Positions 1-10,270 of a stretch of DNA of 61,841 nt are shown here, in pieces (the first letter of the stretch is position 1; each line of letters opens with the position of its first letter). The DNA lies in assembly GCA_000934665.2 (NCBI GenBank), contig JYFJ02002164.1, positions 1-61,841 on the forward strand, written 5' to 3'. Made by a program: the position numbers and the translations under genes. The DNA comes from Catajapyx aquilonaris. Taxonomy: Eukaryota. The notes under the pieces were generated by a model that was not told the origin of the DNA, did not search any database, and saw only the letters and a program-made list of their open reading frames with translations.

Positions 1-1036
1 GCAATGCCTGGCAACGTCTCGGCGAGTTTATACGGATCCATTGTTTGGTGAACATGTGGTAGATGTCAACATGGCAACGCCTAGCAACACGCCGCGTACG
101 GTAGCGATACGGTAGTGTTTGAATTTCGCGGGCGGATGTGACGTCATGATTTGGCCCAAACTTTGGTGGCCTTGTGAGCCCTAACCAGGCCTCGTAGAGC
201 AATATGACCTTCACTTCCATATACTGATTTTTCAAAAGGAATTCCGCTACCTGAAGCTTGTCCGCCATTTACCGACCACCCTGTATAAAGTGTGCAGCAT
301 TATTTTATTGCCCATGTCGAGACCTTTATTCTTGCATGGCACTGGCATCGTCAAATACGTTGTCTTGGTCCAATCTTGTGTTGAACTTGCTGGCAAACAT
401 GCAGCAATTCCGCAAATATGCGAAAGACGATATAAAAATAAAGACGACATAATTATAATCAAGGGACCCTGAATTCGCTGGAAAAGGCCTCGGACCAAGG
501 CCACTCACCAAGGCCACTCGAGCATTCCGGAATTTAATTACAACAAGACACATGGATCAAGTTAAAAGGAAGGGGACAGGATATGACCCTGCTCTTGTTC
601 AGATAAGCTCACAGTCTTGATAAGCCATATCTTGCATTCATTCATTCACACATCTCTCCCCCTACATCACCCCCAAGTCCTCCCCCTCCCCCCTCAAAAT
701 CGCAGGTCAGCTGTTGCCCGTGATGTGACTCCTTTGCACAACCTCATCTGCCCCTCCACCTCCGTCCCACCTCATCCAATCACCTCCACCTGGTCACTCG
801 CCCTGGTCATGAACCGTATGTTGATACTGTATCAATGGCCACCACTCCCTATAGTGACACTGCCACTGGCAGCGCGTCTTGCGGGACAAAGGCTAACCGC
901 CTAACATAGAATTTGGAAAAAGCCAAACGACAATATCTTTCATTCTGATAGTACATGTACTCATTTGACACCCTGTAGCTGCCAGTGGATATGTAACCAA
1001 TCAATAGATGAGTTGGCCAACAAATGCTTATCCATT

Positions 1037-1200
1037 AGTACAGTGATGGACATTAACAGTGTTGTGCTGGTGGTGCCACAGGCGCTGGTGGCAAAAGAGG
1101 AAATAAAAGTGATGAATTAGCAACCAATTCAATTCACTCTTTTGCCGCCAATGGTTCGTGGCGCCACCAGTACGACATCATTAATGTCCAGCAATGTACT
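1037..1200. mobile_element. Small degenerate MITE-like inverted repeat
   Basis: ~60-bp imperfect inverted arms (gtacagtgatggacattaac...ggcaaaagag / ctcttttgcc...attaatgtccagcaatgtac) around a short spacer. Confidence 0.6.
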
Positions 1201-1313
1201 GCAGAGTTACCAAATATATTAAAATTGGCCTGTTTTCTAAGGAATGCATTTATTTATCACATGGATCATGAGTCCCTCTTGCTCCTAACCAAGTGGCACA
1301 ACATTGTACTTAC

Positions 1314-4300
1314 CACATGAAAGGTCTGTTCTCCAGTATCCTGGTGGTTGTCTCGCCTCCATCTGTACTTATTATTGACTGCTGCTGCACGCATGCCCCG
1401 CTCACTCTTCTGGTGAAGGACGGCTGTGACTGTGTTGGCATGAATGCAATAATGGCCTGTCAGAACTGCTCCATGACGTGGAACACGTGTGCGCAGGGTG
1501 CTCACAGTGGACACAGGTTCATCTGGAGTAGTTAGCATCAAGCACAGGCCCTCTGGGAAAAACCTGCATTAAAATGAACGGGTCAAATACTAATCACATG
1601 ACCGTAGGAAATAAAAATGTGATTGGTTTTACTTTTCTTCAATAACTTGCAGATGAATGTTATCCTTTGCATCTTTTATCCACTTGCATCAACCTTCAGT
1701 TTCAGTATTACAGGTAGCCATAAGGAGAATTGTAAATTCAAATCCAAGTAGAGACAATCAAATAATGGACATTAAACTCACAACAAACTTGGAAAGCTAG
1801 CTGACATAAATTCATGCACCTACAAGCATCATGGTCATCCTGAACCTGGCTATTCCTACATCACTATCACCCATTACATTTGAAGGGCTCAGGAGAAAAA
1901 TGTGATAACCGCCAGTAAAAATTGCAAAAAGTTCTTGGCCTGATTTTTTTCCACAGAAACAAATAAAGCACAGATGAAGGTGTCCTCTGGCAGGGAGTAC
2001 CTTCATGAGTATCCGTGAATTTTTTCCCACCTGCAGAGAGAGTCAGTCGCTGGCAGTCAGCCTGTGAGTGACCGAGGGTATTTGGTGCCCGCTGAATTTT
2101 CATTTCACGCGAAAATGACTGAACAACTTGAATAGGGTATGACCCACGACTCGTCATCAGTCATCACAGTGTTCAGGAAGTCGGGGTCACCGTTTGAGGA
2201 GTCCAGAATGTCCAGCAAGACTTGCAGCTCTGCCGGTAGGTAGCTTTGGCATGAATTGAACGTCTCAGGAGTAAAGCCTGTTAACCACCATGGCAGTGGG
2301 CTCACAGGCTGACCTTTAGCGACTGGTGCTCCCTGCAGGCGGGAAAATATTCACAAATACTCACGAAGGTATCCACACATGCCCACAGAAGGACACCCCC
2401 TGTGCTTCATTTGTTTCTGCGGAAATAAATCAGGCTAAGAACTTTTGGCATTTTTCACTGCCGGTTATCACATTTTTCTCCCAAGCCCTCCTATCACATT
2501 ATTCATTCCATTAGGCCAGTGTACATAATGGCTTTTTAAATGCAGTTGCAGTTGACAAAAACTTGTGAAGGGGTTAACTCGATTTGCATGTTCACAGCTC
2601 AACCTCATGTCGAGTCACACTGACCAGGAAATGCCAACCCTGTGGTTCAAAATTTTGGCCCTAAAGGGAGTAAAAGTAAGCTCTCTCAGGCACAGGTAGG
2701 CACATGGTAGGCACAGGGAGCTCCCACACTAGGTTAAGGCAAGATGGTAAGGTATAGTAAACTATGACCTCATAGGGATGGGGAAGGGGGGCAGGTGCAC
2801 CCTAAGAAAGTGCACGTTGGCATTTCTTGGGAAACATTAGATCTGATTTTGGATCAGATTTGAGTAACTCTGCCATTGTTTTTTGTAGTGAATACACATC
2901 CAGCTCAACCTGGGTTCAAGCTCACTCTTGAGCCAGAATTATTCAACCCCCATGATTTGTGCAGTCAAATTTTATTTATTTATTTAGCTTTACCCCATTA
3001 GAGGGAACAGAGCCCTTGGGTGGGTTACCACCATTTTTTCTTACGAAATTTTCTCCGGTGCAGGGGTCAGGATAGGGATTTGTGAAGGGGGGATACGGGT
3101 GCAAGTGCGATGTCCGAAATTTGGGGGTCATGTGCAGTCCCCCAGGGGGCCAAGCTATAAGCCACTCCCCTAGGTGCGGGTCAGAAACTCCCCACCGACA
3201 CCACACCTCCTCAAGGACAGGACGAGGATAGGAAAGGAAGGAAGCGGCTGAGGCCTATTTTTATATATGATGGGGGGAGGGGGAGAGAGAAGAGTAGTGG
3301 CGGCGTAAGAGTGAAAGTACACCACACATTACAAGTAATTTACTCATTGACAACTTCAAGCCATCAGACACATACCTCAGATATCTGAAGTACTCAACAA
3401 GATGCCAGGGTCTGTAGAACTGGTCCTGAAAGCTGTTCTCTCCTGGACGTACATAAGTTGTCTTACTTATGTAACACCCATTGAACCTCACTCTTGGCCT
3501 CTCGATGTACATGTGGCGCCAGGATGAATATATTGGAAATGGTGAGCAGTTCCTTCCCCACACGCTGCAAGATTGAAAACACAAACTCTGTTTATATCAC
3601 AATTGGTTAATTTAATGCCTGGAACATTAATCAAATGCACAAAATTAAAACTTCAACAATTACAGCTTAGCCATCAAATGATCACATTCTGCAACTTCCC
3701 ATGAAACCTGCTAACCACTGTCAGTGCATCCAAAGAGTGGAATAACAAGCAATCATTGATAATAAATACCCACTCTGGAATTCATAAGATTTTCACTCTT
3801 TTCCATGTATTTGATAGCTAGTAAAAGAAGCCAAATTAAATGGTCTTACCGCATGCATGAAAGTCGCCACAATTCTGAATCCCTACTGCACAGGTAAAAT
3901 CCCCTGCAGACTTTTGACACTGTCTCCAGCGACCTGAGATCCAATTCAGATGAAATCACCCACTTGAGGATGTACAAAAGTACTTCCTTTGGAAGGGCTG
4001 AAATGTGGGTGCACTGAAAGGGCCCACCGGAAAACAGAGAGAGGGTCAGGTGACTCATACCAATACAAACAATACTGATGGTTTTCCATAATAGTATCAT
4101 GACGAACTTACTTTCACTTCCTTCGCAGGTTCACACAAGGGAAGATTTCCATAAAACATGCGTTGAAAGCGAAGAATCAAGTCAACATGCTCAGCTGCTT
4201 CTTCATCATCACTTCCATTGTTGTTGGTCACATCACTCTCACTGATGGTTCCTGAAACGAGAGATTGCAATTTACAATGTATTTTAATTTGTGCGATTTC

Positions 4301-5627
4301 CACAATGGTGTATCATGTGTAACCTTGACTAGAGCCGCTCCCCTTGCGCACATGTGTCCTGGTTTTAGGACCATTATATGTGCGAAACTCGATGTCAGGG
4401 ACCAATTGGACTGCCCTGCGATAATATTGTATGGCCTCATACAGCTTGCCAATCTGCTCATGATGTACTCCTTGAAGAAATAAGTGACGTGCCTGGAATA
4501 AGCAGGTATGGTAAGGTACTGCACAGACATGTGGTAATGACTATAACCAAAATACTGTACTTCAAATAACCCCAAAATCAACAACATAATAAATTCATTA
4601 ATAATCATCATCAGTAACAATGTAGAAAGGTGTGAGGTGATTAACTGACACTGCCCAAGACAAAAACTTCAAGCAGTGCTAATCATCACCTACTTTGATC
4701 TTGCACGCCTTGGCTACAGTTTAGGTGACACTGTGTAATCACCAAACCAGGGTTAGCATGCCTTTAATGACTACCCTTCCGCAGAGAAATGCCCATGGTA
4801 AAATGCCACTCTGTAGTCCTGTATGTATACAATGAGATTTACTGGCAGTTTCCATGTGCCCATGTGGCACTATGTTCCAGTGTAATTCCCCATCAACTCC
4901 AAAATCCATGAAGATTACATATAAAGAAGGAAATTGGTCTCACCCTATCCTCAATGCTTTGATCATCATTTTCAGCAGCTTCCCTCCCTTTGATTGAGGT
5001 GGATGGGATGGATCTGTGTGGAGACAACTCCAATTCCCTCTTCCAAGCTTGTCTGAAGCTTTGAAGGGCACTTTCCACGTGGCTGTCGGACTGCTTTCGG
5101 TCAGAAGAACCTTGGGTTGAGTCACTTGAAGAAGAAGACTCCTCATCCTGCTCATCCCCTGCTTCTAGCTCTTCACCTCCACCTCCTGCTCCTGATCCTC
5201 TGCCACCCATTGATCCTGAGTCAGTCCTGTCTTCACCTAATGGTGACTCTCCCAATGGAGGAGGATTCCTCGTTGCAGATGACTGTAAAGATAAAAACCT
5301 CTTTGTCAGTCTTCAGGTGGAAGCTTGTGACTTTAGCCGCTACACACCCGTGCTGAATTGTCTGGTCAGCATTACATAGTGTTTTTGTTGGAACGGCTTT
5401 ATCCCGTGACGGGTTGCAAGCAAAAGGGAATGAAATGTGAGCAAAATGTGAAGCAACATCTTGTGACATGTCCTCTGCTGGTGCCTTACCCGTCCCACTA
5501 ACAACAGCACCTCTCCCTTCCTGCATACAAGTTGTTCACCTTGGCAAGGTTATAAACCCTATTTTCCACCAATCAACCTCCTTCAGACCCCACCCGCGGC
5601 AGACCCTTCATTTACCAAATTCTCCAT
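1314..5627 (-). CDS. FBXO9: F-box only protein 9 (3' terminal exon(s) not found in window)
   Basis: Phase-consistent GT-AG exons 5627-5616, 5282-4944, 4492-4324, 4251-4112, 4013-3850, 3564-3376, 1563-1314. They encode the MIT/TPR-like [36 protein letters not shown], the F-box [28 protein letters not shown], and [28 protein letters not shown]...RYLRFFPEG, all characteristic of FBXO9. Confidence 0.93.
1881..2491 (-). mobile_element. Internally deleted mariner element with long TIRs
   Basis: ~150-bp imperfect terminal inverted repeats (gaagggctcaggagaaaaatgtgataaccg / cggttatcacatttttctcccaagccctc, then TA). Internal minus-strand remnant [26 protein letters not shown] matches the mariner 'DPDFLxxxITGDESW' first-Asp motif. 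Confidence 0.8.
2624..2830. mobile_element. Possible MITE
   Basis: 15-bp inverted termini ccaggaaatgccaac / gttggcatttcttgg. Confidence 0.4.
2970..3260 (-). mobile_element. SINE-related element sharing its body with the SINE at 43894-44248
   Basis: The reverse complement shares colinear blocks (ctgaccNgcacc, gcacatgacccc, gacatNgcacttgcacc, aaatccctatcc, tgcaccgg, atggtggta) and ends in an A-rich tail (aaataaataaaaa). Confidence 0.7.
4628..4811 (-). ncRNA. Box H/ACA snoRNA/scaRNA-like RNA, copy A (FBXO9 intron 2)
   Basis: Sense to host. Three hairpins, H box AGAUCA in the hinge, ACA after the last hairpin. 175/181 identical to 6358-6538, and the identity ends exactly at ACA. Confidence 0.82.
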
Positions 5628-5878
5628 GACGCCGCCTTCTCTGCCGTGCCACAAGACAGGTGGTATTCAGTCCTCGGATTCGCGATCGGAGAAGCGAATT
5701 ACGCAGCTGGAATCCACCCTCGCTTTACACGCAGCGGCCATCTTTGTTGTGAGGTGCAGGCTGCCCACCCCAGCCCCTCCGCCCCATTTCCCTCCCACCC
5801 ACCCCACCCAAGGCCTTTCACTGCCCAACTTCCATTTCCCACCACGATGAAGCGCCACTAGTCCCCTTTCCGTCCGCC
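5628..5878. promoter_or_regulatory. Compact bidirectional promoter/5' UTR region for FBXO9 and EMC2
   Basis: Divergent ATGs only ~250 bp apart. CpG-rich, with a YY1-like GCCATCTT (~5737) and a GC-box-like ccgcccc. Confidence 0.65.
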
Positions 5879-8111
5879 ATGTTGGCGCAGGCGGACACAC
5901 CAAAGTTTACATATCCAAGTACGGAAGTGGCATCACTCTACTGGTTGGTCCAGCTAGTCATCCTTCGTTTTGATTGGGTGAGTGAGGGAATGAGGCCAGG
6001 TTGGCTGGATCGTCAACCCTTTCCCTGCAAGGAGTTGTGTAAGGATCCGCCAGGTGCCGGCACAGTATTACCCAAATGGCTGCCAAAAGGATCGGTTGGG
6101 CAGGTCTGATTTTTGCACGCGTTCTTGGGAGAGCGTCTGGTTCTCTTGCTTTCCACGCATTACTAGACTTATGGGCAGGGTTCAGTTCGGGGACTGGATC
6201 GGGAGGACCTTGCGGTTGGGTGGAGCGGATGGCAGGGAGCTTCCTGTTCTTATTTAAGCTTAATCATTGCAGTGCATATGGAGGATGCATGTGCACCTGC
6301 CCTTCGCCCACCATTTCCGAAGCCTATATCCTAATTGATGTAATTGAGGCAATTGTGGAGTGGCGTTTTACCATGGGGTTTTCTCTGCGGAAGGGTAGTC
6401 ATTAAAGGCATGCTAACCCTGGTTTGGTGATTACACAGTGTCACCTAAACTGTAGCCAAGGCGTGCAAGATCAAAGTTGGTGATGATTAGCACTGCTTTG
6501 AGTTTTTGTCTTGGGCAGTGTCAGTTAATCACCTCACATGTTTAGTCTGATAACTTCACATGGTTGGGGCTTCTGCTTGGACTAACTACTTTCTAGGTTG
6601 CCTCCCATGCAATCGCAGAGTTAGAAATGATGAGGTTAAGTTTGATAGACTAGCCAAAGTTCAGTCATAACATTTTTAATAATCAGTGTTTCAGCATTTT
6701 TCTCTGAATATTTCCAATACCAAGTAAAACAATATTCTATTTTCCCAGATGTGAGAGATCTGTTCCGGGCATGGCGTGAGGAACATGTTCGCAAAAGCGA
6801 TGAGGTTGTGGAGCTGTGGGAGACTACTTTGTCCTCCTACATGCACAAACTAGGAGATGAATGTAATCATGCATACTGATATTATTGCCTTGAAATGTTT
6901 TTTGGGCCATTTTTTAATTCGTTTTAATTTTCATTCTAGGTTGGATGGTATATGAACAGGTTGCTGTTGCAGCCTTTGACTGCAATCGTTTAGATGTTGC
7001 CGACATATGCTTGGTTGCTCTTGCTAATGAGTTCCCAGGCAGTATGAGGGTGCGCAAATTGAAGGCAATGAAACTGGAAGCACAAGAGAGGTGGGCTAAA
7101 AAAGCAAATTTTAAAACACTATTGCTGACATGAATTTCAACTACATTAAACTTTCTGCAATTATTATTTAAATCAATTTTATCCACCTTGTAAGTGACCA
7201 GATTTTAAAGCCTGACTGTAACAAACATTCTTAATTGTAGGTATGATGATGCAATTGACCTGCTGGACTCTATTATAAAGCGCGACGAGACCAACTCAGC
7301 CGTCCGTAAACGCAAGATTGCCATTTTGAAAGCTCAGGGCAAGACCACTGATGCCATCAAAGAGCTCACTGAATATCTCAAAAAGTATGGATGCTTCATT
7401 AATTTGTGAGAGTAAGTTGAATTCATCAATAACATTTACAGATTCATGAGCGATCAGGAAGGGTGGCTGGAACTGTGTGATATGTACCTGAGTGAGCAGG
7501 ACTACAGCAAGGCGGCCTTTTGCATGGAAGAGCTGGTTCTGCACAACCCACACAACCACCTCTATCACCAGAGATATGCTGAGGTCAGGTACACTCAGGG
7601 AGGAGTGGACAATATGGAGTTGGCCAAGGCCTACTTCTGCCAGGCAGTCAAGCTCAACTCGGGGAACATGCGGGCGCTCTTTGGCGTTTTCCTGGTGAGA
7701 TAAATGAGTCCTTTTTAACAGCGACAGGCCATGAACCATTATATGTGATGTGTTGATAATAATCATTCAGGTTCCGGTGTTAATTTCAAACAGTCTTGTC
7801 CCATTTTGTCACTTTAAGGAGTATGTTACATGCAATATTGCAACCAATTTTTTGGATGGATATATAAAGAAATTAGGTCATCCACTTGTCATCATTGAAA
7901 CTGATAGTCTTCTTTCACACAGTCTGCATCTCATCTCTCGGCACATCCAAAGACGCCTGCCCTGAAGAAAAAAGAATACATAAAGCTGGCCACTTGGGCA
8001 GCAAAGCAAATTGCAGAGAGATACAAGGAGAAGACTGGTCAGAATGTGGACCACCAGATATCCTCCCTGGAAGGCATGATGGGGGTGTTGCAGATTACGG
8101 CAGCTTCCTAG
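5879..8111 (+). CDS. EMC2: ER membrane protein complex subunit 2 (TTC35)
   Basis: Exons ~5879-5918, 6749-6862, 6940-7090, 7241-7384, 7442-7694, 7923-8111. Peptides [82 protein letters not shown]...[11 protein letters not shown] match EMC2. Confidence 0.95.
6358..6541 (+). ncRNA. Box H/ACA snoRNA/scaRNA-like RNA, copy B (EMC2 intron 1)
   Basis: Hairpins AGUGGC..GUCAUU, GCAUGC..GCGUGC and GGUGAU..AUCACC. H box AGAUCA at ~6468 and ACA at 6536-6538, with 14 nt from the top of the pocket to ACA. Confidence 0.82.
6561..6675 (+). ncRNA. Candidate second H/ACA snoRNA in EMC2 intron 1
   Basis: Hairpin UGGUUG..CAAUCG, A-rich hinge, hairpin AUGAU..GUCAU with upper stem GGUUA/UAGCC, and ACA at 6670-6672 exactly 14 nt after the upper stem. 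The H box is imperfect. Confidence 0.45.
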
Positions 8112-8484
8112 ACCATAGGGATTTTTTTATTTGCAGGGGGGAGGGGGTGGGGCAGTGAATATTCCCATCAACATTTCTATTCCATGTGATAACAGCAAGG
8201 AGGAGAAAAAATGACCAGAGGGGTTTTTTCCCAGATGTATTAAAATAAATATTGTCAATATAATAATATGTATAAAAGGGTGTGCTGTTTTTGGGAAGTG
8301 TTGCGATTGCGTTGGCAGAAATTAAAAAGTTGCGACAATAGTGATGGCCCCCTTATGCTCTTCTTGAATTGACTACCCAGTATTCCCTTGACTGCCTTAG
8401 TCTACCCAGAAGTACTACAAATAATTATACAAGGTGGTACAGTGCCTAAGTGAGAACCAGGCCCTGGACACCCTATAATCAGTT

Positions 8485-8780
8485 CTTATCACCTGACGGG
8501 GCGTTTTGCGGGAGGTGCTCACTTGAGAGCGCGTTTCACATCTGTAATGATCTGTAAATACATGTGGCAACCCGGACCGCGCTGAAATTAGGTAGAAGGG
8601 AAGTCTGTCAAAATTAAGAATCTCATACGGGTATGAGATTCTTCATTTCGACCGACTCTTCCCTTCTACCCAAGTTCAGCGCGGTCCGGTAGGATCGCCA
8701 CATGTATTTACAGATCATTACAGATGTGAAAGGCGCTCTCAAGTGAGCACCTCCCGCAAAACGCCCCGTCAGGCAATAAG
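8485..8780. mobile_element. Near-perfect foldback palindrome (MITE-like)
   Basis: ~145-bp arms (cctgacggggcgttttgcgggaggtgctcacttgagagcgc... / ...gcgctctcaagtgagcacctcccgcaaaacgccccgtcagg) centred on ctcatac-gg-gtatgag. Confidence 0.8.
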
Positions 8781-8955
8781 GGGGGGGTGACCAGACCCTA
8801 GTATTCTAAGGGCAAGGTGAGAAAGCATCCAACAATGTGGCAGGGTAAAACTTGTGGGTTACTCATTTCAGTCTGGTGTCATGGCAGTTAAGGCCACATC
8901 CTTCCGTCTTTCAGGTCCCTGCACAACCTCTTAAATGAGAAACTCAAAATACGTA

Positions 8956-9633
8956 CAGGGTGTCCCACAAATTACGCTACCCAGAATTACTTCCATAACA
9001 TCAACACAAATGAAGATATTGCAACAACATTTGAACTGAACTAACCTTGTCATGTGTGATTTGAAATGGCATCACATGTGTTGGAAATGGCCACCGTTAT
9101 CGGCCAGGCAGGTCTCAACACGGCACGACATATTTTGGAATCTTCTGGCCAGCATAATTATTATCCTGCGGTACTGCCGGAATTTCCTGGACGATGTTGT
9201 CCTTCAAGGCCTGGATGGACTGTGGATTGTTGCGGTACACTCTTCCTTTCAGAAAGCCCCATAAGAAGTAATCAGGTGGCGTAAGATCGGTAAGGGCGGT
9301 GACCACAGTCCCTTCGAAATGACTCGGTCGCCGAAGAAGGACTTTATTTCGGGCATGCTGACATGTGACGTGTGGCATGTCACCCCATCCTGTTGAAAAT
9401 ATCCAGTCGAAAGTTCCACATCGTTTGGATTAGGAAGCAAGGACATCCGCCGTGCGCCACTGCTTTGGTGTCATCTGGCCGATTCGTCGATCCAGCGTCA
9501 GTATTACAGCACCCACATTTGCCAGACCCATTCCAATTCCTTTCTCACGTGTTGGGGTTGCTTGAGTTCAAATTCCGTTGCAATATCTTCATTTGTGTTC
9601 ATTTCTGGGTAGCGTAATTTGTGGGACACCCTG
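8956..9633 (-). mobile_element. Non-autonomous Tc1/mariner-superfamily DNA transposon with transposase remnant
   Basis: TA-flanked perfect TIR cagggtgtcccacaaattacgctacccagaa at both ends, plus an inner inverted block. Frameshifted minus-strand remnant YFQQDG..CHTS..FFGDRVISKGLW.P..DLTPPDYFLWGFLKGRVY. Confidence 0.9.
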
Positions 9634-10270
9634 TATTTCCCAGGCCATTTTAAGACATCCAAACTAGACAACGAATTAAACATCAAGCACATTCTTTCTC
9701 TTTAGTGATTAAGGCATTCATGTAGGGCTATGGTAAGCATCATAACAAGCAGTATCAGTAATAATTTCTTCCTGTCATAAACTCTGCAACAGTAATAATT
9801 TTGGACATAAGATACTATGCTCCCTGTATAAACTGCAGGGATAAAAAGAGTGCATAGTGCCCAAGACTTCCACCTGATACTGATTAGGATTATGTTTTAA
9901 GCAAATAAAGCAAATTTAAACTAATATTCTTGCCTGAAAAGTTACATGTGATAAATTAACACAAGTTCACATAAAAAGACCTCTTAAAAACATCCTACTT
10001 GCTGGGGCCATGATGTGTGTGATGTAACTGAGAAAGAATCCAAGCTACTAATGTTTTATCTCTTGATTACTGGAAGGCATTTGTATAACCTCATGTGCAG
10101 ATTACTATAATTAATTGGTGGGCCTAATGAGACTTTTCAACCCAAACTTCAACAGTCATGTTTTTGTAAGCAAAACTATTGTTTGTGGACAATGCATGCT
10201 GGCATGCAGCCTACCAGCTAAGGAAGTGCTGCATTCCACTGAAGGATTCCCACTCAAGACTCTTCTGAGA

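Noticed and set aside
830..900. Possible terminal exon of FBXO9 (AVSLCPARRAASG...*)
   Set aside because: No similarity to the conserved FBXO9 C-terminus (…FSRVKSY…); the true last exons probably lie left of the window.
6413..6420. CTAACCCT inside the twin H/ACA RNA looks like a telomerase template for TTAGGG
   Set aside because: It lies within a hairpin pocket next to the H box rather than in a 5' template/pseudoknot domain. No pseudoknot or CR4/5 is evident, the RNA is only ~184 nt, and the usual arthropod repeat is TTAGG. Worth revisiting only if the species has TTAGGG telomeres.
4631..6538. The 181-bp inverted pair read as transposon TIRs
   Set aside because: The spacer holds the promoter and first exons of two conserved genes, there is no TSD or transposase, and the homology ends precisely at the ACA box.
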